Source: Nitrospirota bacterium
Lineage (GTDB): Bacteria; Nitrospirota; Nitrospiria; Nitrospirales; NS-4
Assembly (NCBI GenBank): GCA_963788195.1
Contig: CAWBGA010000013.1
Span: 288,001 to 352,000, forward strand
DNA length: 64,000 nucleotides
Reading direction: 5' to 3'
A program made the position numbers and the translations under genes. Below, piece by piece: positions 44,876 through 55,003 of the stretch. The notes below the pieces were generated by a model. That model worked only from the letters and a program-made list of their open reading frames with translations. It searched no databases and had not been told where the DNA came from. Numbering within the stretch: position 1 is the first letter of the stretch; the number at the start of each line of letters is the position of its first letter.

Positions 44876-47225
44876 ATGGACCAGGCTCTACAACCGTCTC
44901 TGAGCACTGACCAGGACCCTCGTGTAACCGCGGAAGACGCACACGCGCTGGCCGCAAACATTCTGGAAAGCATTACCGACGGTTTCATAGCACTCGATCA
45001 CGACTGGCGGTTCACATATATCAATGCGCAGAGCCGAGCATCTTTTGAGCCGCAGCAGAACAGACCTGCTTGGGAAAAATCACTGGGAAGAATATTCCGC
45101 CACGATCGGCACTATCATCGAGCGCGAATACCGTCGCGCGGTCGCAGAACAGGTAACGGTGGAGTTTGAAAATTATTCGAAGCGGTGGCACCGGTGGTTG
45201 GAATTCAAGGCCTATCCGGCTGCTCATGGCCTCTCGGTCTATTTCCGCGATATCACGGACCGCAAGCGGGCGGAAGAAGCGTCTCGCCGTAGCGAACAGG
45301 AACTGTCCGATTTTTTTGAGACCGCGACGATCGGCTTGCATTGGGTAGGGCCTGATGGCGTTATTCTCCGCGTGAACCAAGCCGAGCTGGATTTATTGGG
45401 GTACAACCGCGATGAATACATCGGCCATCATATCGCCGAATTTCATGCCGATCCTCCTGTGATCGAGGATATCCTCGAGCTGCCTCGCCAGAGACGAGAA
45501 GCTGAAGGATTATCCGGCCCGCATGCGGTGCAAAGACCGTTCGATCAAGAATGTGCTTATCGACTCCAGCGTGTTGTGGGAAGACGGAAAATTCATTCAC
45601 ACACGGTGCTTCACGCGTGATGTGACGGATTACAAACGCGCCGAAGAAGCCGTGCGCGAAAGCGTGCACCGTCTTCGCCTGGCGCAACAGGTGGCGCACA
45701 TCGGGACCTTCGACTGGAACCTGCAGACCGGCGTCAACAGCTGGACACCCGAACTCGAGGCGATGCATGGGCTGCCTCCCGGCGGCTTTGGGGGAACCTT
45801 GCAAGCGTGGCAGGCGCTCATACATCCGGAGGATCGCGCTAGAACGGTGCGGCAGGTGCGCGAAGCGATCCCGAAGGGCGTCTTTGAGGGCGAGTGGCGT
45901 GTGGTCCTGCCTACTGGAGAAGTGCGCTGGCTCGCCGGAAGAGCCTCACTGTTCAAGGACGAGGCGGGAAAACCGCAGCGATTGATCGGTGTCAACATTG
46001 ATATCACCGAGCGTAAGCACGCCGAAGAACGGCACGCGCAGCTGGCCGCGATCGTTGAATCCTCGAATGACGCTGTCGTCAGCAAAAATTTGGACGGCAT
46101 TATCCAGAGTTGGAATAAGGGCGCGGAAGCGGATCTTCGGGTACGCCCCAGAGGAAGTCATCGGCCGCTCGATTCTGTTACTCGTGCCGCAGGAAATGAA
46201 GCATGAGGAGGCAGAGATTCTTGCCAGGATTCGTCGGGGCGAGCGGATCGAACACTATGAAACCATCCGGGTGCGCAAAGACGGATCACAGTATCGCGAT
46301 TTCTCTGTCGGTCTCGCCTATCAAGAATGCCGCCGGGAAGATCATCGGAGCGGCGAAAATTGCCCGTGACATCACGGAAAAGAAGGCGGCAGAGGAAGAG
46401 ATTTTTCGGTTGAACCAGCATCTGGAGGAGCGCGTACGGGAACGGACGAGCCAACTGGAGGAAGCTAATGCCAAACTGATTGCGCAAGCCGAGAAGTTGA
46501 CCGCGATCAATGCGGAATTAGAACGGTTTGCCTATGTCTCGTCACACGATTTGCAAGAGCCTCTCCGCATGGTCTCGAGCTTCACGCAACTGCTGGCGCG
46601 CCGCTACGAAGGGAAGCTCGGCGCGGACGCGGATGACTTCATCAAGTACGCGGTTGAGGGCGCGCTTCGGATGGAGCATCTGATCAAAGATTTGTTGGAC
46701 TATTCGCGTCTCGGCGCCCATGAGGCACAGGTGGGACAAGTCAACGTGGAGGAGGTATGGGACCAGGTCATGATGGATCTCAAAATCCCGAGAGAAAAGA
46801 GCGGTGCTGTCCTCACCCATGATCCTCTGCCCATGGTCATCGGCGATGCGACCCAGTTAAGACAAGTGTTTCAAAACTTGCTTGGGAATGGCATTAAGTT
46901 TACCCATGCCGCTCCCCAGATCCATGCCTGGGCTGAGAGAAAGGGCGATGAATGGATCTTTGCCGTGCGCGACAACGGTATCGGGATTGAACCGCAGTAC
47001 GTGGAGCGGATCTTCGAAGTGTTCCAACGCCTGCACAGCCGGGGGGAGTATCAAGGCACAGGCATCGGGTTGGCGATCTGCAAGAGGGTCGTTGAAAAGC
47101 ACGGCGGACGTATCTGGGTTGAATCGGTGTACGGCAAAGGCTCGACATTTTACTTCACCCTCCCGGCCGTCGACGTTGCCGCCTCCTCCTGCTTGCCTAG
47201 CGACATAGGGATTGCGGCAGTATAA
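44876..47225 (+). CDS. Multi-PAS sensor histidine kinase (HisKA, Cph1-like core); split by indels
   Basis: ILESITDGFIALD PAS; AAIVESSNDAVVSK PAS; FAYVSSHDLQEPLRMV; QVFQNLLGNGIKF; DNGIGI; GTGIGLAICKR. Confidence 0.92.
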
Positions 47226-47259
47226 TTGGCCGTCCTACAAGATTTTCTCTGCGCTCTCG

Positions 47260-47445
47260 TCAGAGGGAAGAGCGATCCGGCTCCGGATTTTTCGAATCGT
47301 ACGATTTCAGCGCCGTTTCCAGGGTGTACAATTCGGTCTTTATGAAGTCCCGTTGAACGTGCGTCAAAGGTATGGATTCATGGAGTAGCTTGTGGAGGGC
47401 GGTGGCAGCCTTACCAAAATCCGCCACCACGCGATCTGCCTTCAT
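47260..47445 (-). CDS. Small hypothetical protein
   Basis: 61-aa ORF directly downstream of 47472-48233, GGGGA upstream. Confidence 0.35.
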   Translation of the reverse strand: MKADRVVADFGKAATALHKLLHESIPLTHVQRDFIKTELYTLETALKSYDSKNPEPDRSSL

Positions 47446-47471
47446 GATCGATGTTCCCCGAGACTGTTTGC

Positions 47472-48233
47472 TTATAACTCGATGAAGATCTGATCGAGGC
47501 GGCTCAAGAAATTATATTGTTTGTGCCAAGCCGCCACTACTTCGTCCAGCCTTCCCATAATATGATCGAGGCGCCTGGCGCTATCATCAGTGGTGATGCC
47601 TCGCCAGGTGTCGGTTTCCAGAAGTGCTCGTATACTCTCTTTCAGATTTTTCCGCCGCCTGTCGATTTGCAGACGCCTGTCCTGATCCCGTACATAAGCC
47701 GAATCCGCGAGTTTTTTCCTCTCTCGATGACATTCCCACAGTTCAATGAGGTCGTCAGGCACGGTCACCTCGACTTTGTAGTCCCCAGTCCAGCGTGCCA
47801 TCTTGCCGCCCTTGGACGGGATCTGATCGGGGTACGAGCCCTTCAAACTCTCCCCAAGAGTGTGGGCCCACGTCCAAAACGTCAGTTCAACTAGACAGGG
47901 ACTGTCTTCGGGCAGCTTATGCGTCACCAAGGCGAGCCGCGGCTGGCGGTCTCGAAGCCAAAGGACATGAAGGTGTTGATCCTTCAGCCGGCAACCATAA
48001 TGATCGTTCACCAGCCCGACAGGCGTTCCCCGGAACTGAAGACTGTGTATATCCAGGAGCGGCTCTTGCAGAATCTGACGAAAGAGCGCGCGCCGTAACG
48101 GATGGCCGTTCACCCAAAGGACCTTGATTTCAAGCGGCAGCGATTTCGTGAGGGGGAGATTTATTTGGCGTGGCTGACTCTCAGCTCTATTGAAGGGCGT
48201 CAGTGTCGCGATGTCTCGTCTTTCTTTCACCAC
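47472..48233 (-). CDS. Hypothetical protein
   Basis: 253-aa ORF filling an otherwise unexplained gap; no family confidently recognised. Confidence 0.55.
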   Translation of the reverse strand: MVKERRDIATLTPFNRAESQPRQINLPLTKSLPLEIKVLWVNGHPLRRALFRQILQEPLLDIHSLQFRGTPVGLVNDHYGCRLKDQHLHVLWLRDRQPRLALVTHKLPEDSPCLVELTFWTWAHTLGESLKGSYPDQIPSKGGKMARWTGDYKVEVTVPDDLIELWECHRERKKLADSAYVRDQDRRLQIDRRRKNLKESIRALLETDTWRGITTDDSARRLDHIMGRLDEVVAAWHKQYNFLSRLDQIFIEL

Positions 48234-48403
48234 ACCATTACCTTGATTTGTGGCTCCATTGGGCAGTTTCTAGCATCACATGCAAGCATTTGCAATCGCT
48301 ATTCAGTACAGTGTTCGCGTTGCTTTTTGTGTTCGAGGCGTATCAGTATAAGGCACAGAAGATGAGGCATTCATTGGGGTGCAATCTGAGAAGGGGGTTG
48401 GCG

Positions 48404-49232
48404 ATGAGACAATCGTTTCTCGCGGCGTGCGTGTGTGTCGGTGTGGTCGGATGCTCCACGCCAGCAGGGCCACCCCTCGACACACTACAGCAGATCCAAG
48501 GCGAAATCATTCGGTTCGACGCCGACGGGTACGTCATAAGGGACGGATACGGTAAGGAGATGCGCGTGCACGCGACGCCCACCGCCCGCGTCGACGGCAA
48601 TCTGTCCGCGGGGGATACGGTCTTGGTCCACGTTGCGGCGCCCTACCAGCCGAAGACGCGCTATGCGCAGGCGGTCTATCACTTCACTGACCTTGAGACG
48701 GTCTACGGGGAGCTTACGGAGAAAAACCGGTCCAGCATCAGCGTCAAAGACGCCGATCGGCGGCGAGGTTGATCTGTCGCTCGACAAGCACAGTGTTGGC
48801 TATGGAAAGCCCCAGCCTGGTGACCGAATCTTTGCGAAGACCTACCGAGCGCCGTACGAGGGCGAAGTCCAGGAGTTTGGGGATGGGACGTATACCGTCC
48901 GCGACATTACAGGGCGGGAGGTGCGCTACGAGCGTGACGATAACCCCGAAAGGCCGGATCGCCCTGGGCGGCGGCGAGCCATTGAGCGTCCCGTACTGCA
49001 GCATGACAGGCCCTACGCTCGCGTGATTTACCTCTTTTCCGATCCGCTGACATTGCAGGGAACCTTACTGCGGCGGGATGATGGGCTGTATGCCGTAAGC
49101 GGGGCGGAGGATCTGGCCCTTATTCTTGGGCAGGCGACCCTGCGGGATTCCCAGGAGCAGCCGGGGGAACAAGTGTTTGTTGTGGTCAGTCCATTGCCTA
49201 TCATTCAGGCGTCTTCGATTGAGAAGCTGTAG
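48404..49232 (+). CDS. Hypothetical lipoprotein with repeated short beta (OB-like) units; indel near 48765
   Basis: Lipobox VVGC; repeated units IQGEIIRFDADGYVIRD..GKEMRV, YEGEVQEFGDGTYTVRD..GREVRY, LQGTLLRRDDGLYAV. Confidence 0.65.
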
Positions 49233-49255
49233 GAGGAAAAGCTGGAGAAAGCCTC

Positions 49256-49588
49256 ATGGACACTTACTATCATCCACACGATTTGGCAAAGTTCCCCCAC
49301 ATGGGCAAGGGAAACAAGGAGCTATGGGACAAGTTCATGAGCTACTACAGCGCCGTCTTTGCTGAGGGTGCTTTGACAGAGCGAGAAAAGGCTCTGATCG
49401 CGCTAGGGGTCGCTCACGCGGTGCAGTGTCCCTATTGCATTGACGCCTATAGCCAGGGGTGTCTGGAGAAGGGCTCTAACGTTGAAGAAATGACCGAAGC
49501 CGTCCATGTGGCCTGCGCCATTCGGGGAGGAGCCTCCCTCGCCCATGGGGTGCAGATGCGTAACGTGGTCGAGAAGTTGACCATGTGA
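49256..49588 (+). CDS. AhpD/CMD-family peroxidase-like protein associated with ArsS
   Basis: GALTEREKALIALGVAHAVQCPYCIDAY; adjacent to arsS. Confidence 0.88.
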   Translation: MDTYYHPHDLAKFPHMGKGNKELWDKFMSYYSAVFAEGALTEREKALIALGVAHAVQCPYCIDAYSQGCLEKGSNVEEMTEAVHVACAIRGGASLAHGVQMRNVVEKLTM

Positions 49589-49611
49589 TATCGTAGGGGT
49601 TGGAGATCATT

Positions 49612-50649
49612 GTGGCACTGAGTCTACACGCCCGAAGCCACCCTTTGGCGGCTTCAGATGAGCAGTTGGAGCTGTTGGCGGCGGCAAAGAGTTGCCGTCC
49701 TTTTCACGCTACGATGGAGCAAGCGGGGCTGTCCCCGCTTTGCGCCAACGGCATCACGGTCTTTCAGATTAATGTAGGAAAGCTCTGCAATCAGACGTGT
49801 CTGCACTGTCACGTGGACGCGAGCCCGGACCGAACCGAGCAAATGACTCGCGAGACAGCCGAACTGTGCATCAAAGCGCTGGCCAAGACTGATATCCCGA
49901 CAGTCGACATCACCGGGGGAGCGCCTGAATTGAACGCCAATTTCCGCTGGCTGATCGAACAGTCGCGCGCGTTGGGGCGCCATGTCATTGATCGCTGCAA
50001 TCTGACCGTCATGCTTCTGCCCTCGCAGGCCGATCTGGCGGAATTCCTCGCCCAGCATCGAGTGGAGATCATCGCGTCGCTGCCGTATTTTCGGCCGCCT
50101 CAGACCGATGCTCAGCGAGGCGACGGCGTGTTTGAAAAGTCCGTCCGTGCGCTCCAGTTGCTCAACAAGCTCGGGTATGGCGTCGAGGGAGGCCCGTTGA
50201 TTTTGAACCTGGTGTACAATCCGGTCGGAGCGTTTCTACCGCCAAAGCAAGAGGCCATCGAAGCTCAATTCAAGAAGGAACTCCGCAAACAGTACGGCAT
50301 CACATTTAATCGACTGTACACTGTCACGAATATGCCGATCAGCCGGTTTCTGGACTTCCTCCTCGAAAGCGGGAATTATGAAAGCTATATGGAGAGATTG
50401 GCTAGCGCCTTCAACCCGGCAGCCGCGGATCGCGTGATGTGCCGGTACACTCTGTCGGTCGGTTGGGACGGAACCCTTTATGATTGTGACTTCAATCAGA
50501 TGCTCGACTTGCCCTTAGGTTTTGACGCGGCCCGGCACATCAGAGACTTTGAGCCGGCCACGCTTCACGCCCGCCGCATTGTCGTTGGGAATCACTGTTA
50601 TGGTTGCACGGCAGGCGCCGGTTCGTCCTGCGGCGGAGCCATAACGTGA
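49612..50649 (+). CDS. arsS: Radical SAM/Cys-rich protein of the ArsS (DUF3641) family
   Basis: QINVGKLCNQTCLHCHV, VDITGGAPE, YDCDFNQ, HCYGCTAGAGSSCGG. Confidence 0.88.
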   Translation: MALSLHARSHPLAASDEQLELLAAAKSCRPFHATMEQAGLSPLCANGITVFQINVGKLCNQTCLHCHVDASPDRTEQMTRETAELCIKALAKTDIPTVDITGGAPELNANFRWLIEQSRALGRHVIDRCNLTVMLLPSQADLAEFLAQHRVEIIASLPYFRPPQTDAQRGDGVFEKSVRALQLLNKLGYGVEGGPLILNLVYNPVGAFLPPKQEAIEAQFKKELRKQYGITFNRLYTVTNMPISRFLDFLLESGNYESYMERLASAFNPAAADRVMCRYTLSVGWDGTLYDCDFNQMLDLPLGFDAARHIRDFEPATLHARRIVVGNHCYGCTAGAGSSCGGAIT

Positions 50650-50714
50650 CGGTCTGCGACGGGTCCCTTCTAAAGAGCCGCCCCGTAGGACGGAGCGGCC
50701 CGGTGAAAGTACTA

Positions 50715-50984
50715 CTACTCGACGATGATCTTCCCATTGGCAGCGTCCACATAGACCTTGTGGGTCTTCTTGGAAGAGTCGACGATTTCAACCTTATAGG
50801 CCGCTTGGCCCTTCTTCTTGGTCATCTCGACTTCGTATGGTTTTCCCCCCGGAACGCTGGTGACGGCGGCTTTGATCGCGTCCTCCATTGACACGGTGGC
50901 TGTCAATGCCAATTCCTTATCCGATGCCCACACGGCACTGCCAAGACCGAAGATAAACACCGCACTCAATAGCAAATAGCGCAT
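50715..50984 (-). CDS. PepSY domain secreted protein
   Basis: Signal peptide; VSMEDAIKAA...YKVEI...VYVDAANGKII. Confidence 0.85.
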   Translation of the reverse strand: MRYLLLSAVFIFGLGSAVWASDKELALTATVSMEDAIKAAVTSVPGGKPYEVEMTKKKGQAAYKVEIVDSSKKTHKVYVDAANGKIIVE

Positions 50985-51161
50985 TTTCTGCCCTCCTTTG
51001 TTTCGGCTCACGATATTCCCACACGTTATCTGATCGTGTTCATGAGAATCAAAACGCTGAAAGGGTTAGGAACCCCTTACCCACCTTAATTATATATTGC
51101 GAGCGCCAAACAGATTTGCTAACTGCATTCTGGGTGGCTTGGCTTAACGAAAGGATGATCT

Positions 51162-51314
51162 ATGAACACCGTACTCCTCGTAATTTTGATCTTGCTGCTC
51201 GTGGGCGCACTGCCCACATGGCCATACAGTTCGGGTTGGGGATATTATCCGAGCGGCGGCATCGGTCTCGTTCTACTGATCATTGTGATTTTGGCGCTGA
51301 CCGGACGTCTTTAG
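51162..51314 (+). CDS. DUF3309 family small membrane protein (50 aa, absent from ORF track)
   Basis: Manually translated MNTVLLVILILLLVGALPTWPYSSGWGYYPSGGIGLVLLIIVILALTGRL. Confidence 0.9.
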   Translation: MNTVLLVILILLLVGALPTWPYSSGWGYYPSGGIGLVLLIIVILALTGRL

Positions 51315-51510
51315 GCCTCACCGACGAGGTGGCACTCATGAGAGTGCTATCCCAGCCGGGCCTGTGAACCGCATTGAGAGCGGATCTGAGCCTGCTGGGC
51401 ATATCTTGCTACTGAGCTATATTGACGGCCATACCGCCTTTGCTGCATAGTGCTTTGCAATCTGCATTGCAGCGGTAACGGCCACGCATTTTCTCACCGG
51501 GAGTCAGAAT

Positions 51511-51912
51511 ATGTCTGAACCAACCTCCATCAATTCGACGTCCGACCAAAACCCCCGATCGCATGCCCTTCAGGCTCAAATCCATAAGCTGGAGGAACTG
51601 AGCCATCGGCCCTTGGATCCCGTTGCACTTGCACGCTTTGATGATGAAACCGAAGCCATGATTCAAAGTCTCTTCGGGCCCACACACGAGCACCTGGAAA
51701 CCTACAAGTATGCCAAGTTGGGGGAGGCTGCAGTGATGGTGAACCTCCCAGAGTCCGCGCAAGAAGACTCGGCGCAGAATCTGCCGAGCAAGGCGATCCA
51801 ACAACGCCGCCAGGTGCTGGAAGGCTGTGTCGCCGACTTGCGTCCTGCCGAAGATAGCGAAGTCGCCGCCCTCAGCGGCGAGGATAAAGAAGATCCCCCC
51901 GGCATGAGTTAA
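51511..51912 (+). CDS. Hypothetical protein
   Basis: 133-aa ORF, GGGAG RBS, helical composition. Confidence 0.6.
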   Translation: MSEPTSINSTSDQNPRSHALQAQIHKLEELSHRPLDPVALARFDDETEAMIQSLFGPTHEHLETYKYAKLGEAAVMVNLPESAQEDSAQNLPSKAIQQRRQVLEGCVADLRPAEDSEVAALSGEDKEDPPGMS

Positions 51913-51979
51913 TCGTTGTTGACCGGGGAGCGACAACATGGCTCAGCTAGGATTTCAGGCTCGTCGGGGAATTCCGTCC

Positions 51980-52344
51980 ATGGCCGTGTCTCTTCGCGTC
52001 CTCGTCTTGGCTCTCAGTTTTGGCGTGGTCGTTGAAACTGCTGCCGTCGGGCCGTACTTTGAGAATGAACGAGCTCCAGGCGAGGGCACAGCAGGTCCGA
52101 CCCCCGACTTCAAGCGTCCTGATCCAGCGGCAAAGCCTCCTCAAGTGGATCGGTTGGTCAAGGGGCGACTTGTACGAATCGATGGCTCTGTGTTCGTCGT
52201 CCGAGATGGAATCGCCGGCGAGGAGGTTAAAATGAGATCGAACAGGAGACCCGCATGGATGTGCTCCCGCAGATCGGCGATCAAGTGGAAGCTGAGTTGC
52301 TGTCAAACGGCAACGCCTGGTCCATAAAGCGAATAGAGAAATAG
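51980..52344 (+). CDS. Secreted hypothetical protein with OB-like unit; indel near 52240
   Basis: Signal peptide; VKGRLVRIDGSVFVVRD..GEEV then QETRMDVLPQIGDQVEAEL in the next frame; resembles units of 48404-49232. Confidence 0.6.
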
Positions 52345-52498
52345 CAAAGTGAACGGCGTTCTCCCCGCCATGGTCAATCTACTCGGTAACGAAAAGCATC
52401 TCGTGCTTCAGCGTTCGACGGTCAATCTCCTTTGGTATGGTAGACTACCGGCTGTTGCATTGGGCCGGCACTCCTAGCCGGAGCGCTGGAGAAGTGAG

Positions 52499-52909
52499 AT
52501 GATGCCGGAGCGGGAAGACGTGTTGCGAGAAGTAAGGAGCCTGCCGGCCGGCTGCGAGATGGACCGGGAGATCGGTGAGCGGATTATGGGCTTAAGCTCC
52601 GGGTCGAATCCTCCTCCGTACTCGAGCGATATCACGGCGGCATGGAGTGTCGTTGAGAAGATGGTCCGGTCCGACGACATGTATTTTAGCGCCCCGCATT
52701 ACAAGGCCAAGCGGCAATCGCTGGGCCCATTGGGATATCCCGTGGGCACAGAGTGCTGGTACTGCGTGCTCAACAATAAGACCTTCAATAAAGTCGTGAT
52801 TTGTGCGGATACTGCACCGCTCGCGGTTTGCCGCGCTGCCTTGGTATGTATCCGAGGCATCGGTCCAGCGCAGCCTGAAGAGCAGGCGTCCGTAAGGCGA
52901 CTGCCTTAA
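52499..52909 (+). CDS. BC1872-like / phage ABA-sandwich-type hypothetical protein
   Basis: EMDREIGERIMG, PPYSSDITAAWSVVEKM, ADTAPLAVCRAAL. Confidence 0.6.
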   Translation: MMPEREDVLREVRSLPAGCEMDREIGERIMGLSSGSNPPPYSSDITAAWSVVEKMVRSDDMYFSAPHYKAKRQSLGPLGYPVGTECWYCVLNNKTFNKVVICADTAPLAVCRAALVCIRGIGPAQPEEQASVRRLP

Positions 52910-53317
52910 ATGCCGTCCAGCCCTCAGGAAGAATCCAATCGCCAATTATTTCTCAAAGCTCTTCAGAAAGATCCCATCCAGTGCCCACGGCCCGGCTGCG
53001 GCGGGTCAGTACTGGCTCAGGACCTCTCCGCCGTGCACGATCGGGTGAAAACGTTCGAACTCAGGTGTGAGCGCTGCAACGGGAAAGATCAGATCGCGGG
53101 GCAGGAAGCGCCCGCGCAAACCTGGGACGATACAGCCCTTCTCGACATTGCCTATGAACACCTCATGCATCAACCGGCGATCTGCCCGCATGACGGGATG
53201 ACGGTCGTCTTTACATCCCTACCCAATCCACGGCGCAAGGCCAGGTATCGGCTGTCCTGTTATTATTGCGGGCGTCAAGCGGAGATCGACTGGCCTCCGC
53301 AGGAATTCAGGCGGTAA
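52910..53317 (+). CDS. Cys-rich (zinc-ribbon-like) hypothetical protein
   Basis: CPRPGC, CERC, CPHD, CYYC; starts immediately after the upstream stop. Confidence 0.65.
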   Translation: MPSSPQEESNRQLFLKALQKDPIQCPRPGCGGSVLAQDLSAVHDRVKTFELRCERCNGKDQIAGQEAPAQTWDDTALLDIAYEHLMHQPAICPHDGMTVVFTSLPNPRRKARYRLSCYYCGRQAEIDWPPQEFRR

Positions 53318-53323
53318 GAGCGG

Positions 53324-53728
53324 TTATGGGGTTTCCGTCGGTTTCAATACCATCATGAACCGGTCCACGTCGATCGGTTTGATGATGTAGCTGCTCGCGT
53401 CAAGATCAAAGCTTTTGTGAATGTCTTTCTCGGCCTCGGAGGTTGTCAGAATCACGACCCGGATGTCTTTAAGATTGGGATCGCGGTTGATGTCAGTGAG
53501 CAGTTCCAACCCGTCCTTTTTCGGCAAGTTGAGATCCAACAGCACCAAGTCCGGGCGAGGCGCATCGGTGTAATGACCTTCCCGTCGTAAAAACGCCATG
53601 GCCTCCACGCCGTCTTTCACCACGCTAAGACTGGTGGGCACTTCGACTTCCTTCAGGACCTCGACCGTCAATCGGATGTCCCCCGGGTTGTCCTCGACCA
53701 AAAGAATTTCGACGGCGCGACCGCTCAT
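53324..53728 (-). CDS. Rcp1-like single-domain response regulator
   Basis: ILLVEDNPGD, RPDLVLLDLNLPKKDG, ILTTS, YIIKP. Confidence 0.93.
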   Translation of the reverse strand: MSGRAVEILLVEDNPGDIRLTVEVLKEVEVPTSLSVVKDGVEAMAFLRREGHYTDAPRPDLVLLDLNLPKKDGLELLTDINRDPNLKDIRVVILTTSEAEKDIHKSFDLDASSYIIKPIDVDRFMMVLKPTETP

Positions 53729-53775
53729 TGTCGAAATCCCCTCACCGCGTGGTTGTGTCTTTCCGTGATCGCCTC

Positions 53776-54192
53776 CTATGCGTCCTTGATGGAATTCATC
53801 ACCATCGTGAGCCGCTCCACATCGATCGGCTTCGTAATGTAACAGTTTGCTGCAAGATCAAAACTCTTATTAATGTCGGGCTCGGCCTCCGAGGTCGTCA
53901 AAATGACCACCGGTATGGCCTTAAAATCTTCAGTATTTTTGATCTCATTCAACATTTCAAGCCCGTTCTTCCTGGGTAGATTCAGGTCAAGCAAAATAAG
54001 GTCAGGCCGGGGGGCATCGAGATACTGCCCTTCCCGACGTAGAAACGCGATGGCTTCGACGCCGTCTTTCGCCACGCTGAGGTTATTCTTGACCTGCGCT
54101 TCTTTGAGCACTTCAGCGGTAAATCGAACATCCCCCGGATTGTCTTCGACGAGAAGAATCTCCATCGGTTTGCCGTTCGTCTGCGTGGTCAT
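53776..54192 (-). CDS. Rcp1-like single-domain response regulator (tandem paralog)
   Basis: ILLVEDNPGD, RPDLILLDLNLPRKNG, ANCYITKP. Confidence 0.93.
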   Translation of the reverse strand: MTTQTNGKPMEILLVEDNPGDVRFTAEVLKEAQVKNNLSVAKDGVEAIAFLRREGQYLDAPRPDLILLDLNLPRKNGLEMLNEIKNTEDFKAIPVVILTTSEAEPDINKSFDLAANCYITKPIDVERLTMVMNSIKDA

Positions 54193-54318
54193 TTACCTCG
54201 GTCTCCTGTCTTTATAGAACGACAAGCGCGATCAGTGGTTCGAACGTATTGATTATGGTGGATTTTGCCCAGACCGCAACAGGCCGTTTGGTATACCGTC
54301 AATACTTTCGGGGCTCAC

Positions 54319-54909
54319 TCAGAGGCGAAGCACGTGCACCAGGATGCCGGTTCGAGTGCTGGTTTTGGTCTTCGCCATGATGTGCTTGATGTGCTCTTTG
54401 ACCGTCTGCTCCGTCACCGTGAGAGCATTAGCGATTTCCTTGTTGGTCCAGCCTTTGAGGAGGTGTTGCACGACAGATACCTCGCGATCCGTCAAGCGAA
54501 ACAGCTCCTTGGCTTGTTCCATGATTGCCTCTTGACGCCGTCCGAGCTCCTCGATCGTGATCAGGATTCTGGACTTGCTCCCTGGCTGTTCCGGAAGCCC
54601 GAACCCGCACAGCAGCACGGGCCGGTCGGGGTCTCCGATAACGCGCTTCATCCGAAATTGCTCCCAGTCCTTGGCTTCGGTGCGAACCTGCAGCATCTTG
54701 ATGATTTCGGTACAGAGTTCGACCACCGGCGGGGGAAGACCCCCGTGCGCGCTCTTGTTGCCGCGGCCCTTGTTGATCCGGCCAAATAGCTCCCACGTCG
54801 GTCGATCACTATAAAGCAGCTGCATCGAGGAGGACAACATCAGGATCCCGGGGCCCATCCGCTTCTCGGCAATGCTCTCTGCGTGATCGTACAGATTCTC
54901 GTTCATCAC
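54319..54909 (-). CDS. LuxR-type HTH regulator without receiver domain
   Basis: LTDREVSVVQHLLKGWTNKEIA...TVKEHIKHIMAKT. Confidence 0.9.
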   Translation of the reverse strand: MMNENLYDHAESIAEKRMGPGILMLSSSMQLLYSDRPTWELFGRINKGRGNKSAHGGLPPPVVELCTEIIKMLQVRTEAKDWEQFRMKRVIGDPDRPVLLCGFGLPEQPGSKSRILITIEELGRRQEAIMEQAKELFRLTDREVSVVQHLLKGWTNKEIANALTVTEQTVKEHIKHIMAKTKTSTRTGILVHVLRL

Positions 54910-55003
54910 CGGTTCTCCCCGGGGTAAGGCGCCGGAAGTGTAACAACGATACTTTGGTTAGACAAGCAGAGCACTTCTCCTTAAGGTCAACATCACGGCC
55001 ATG

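Noticed and set aside
50620..50675. Selenocysteine read-through in ArsS
   Set aside because: The C-terminal GSSCGG motif uses TGC (Cys); the TGA falls after the normal end of the family and an in-frame TAA follows shortly.
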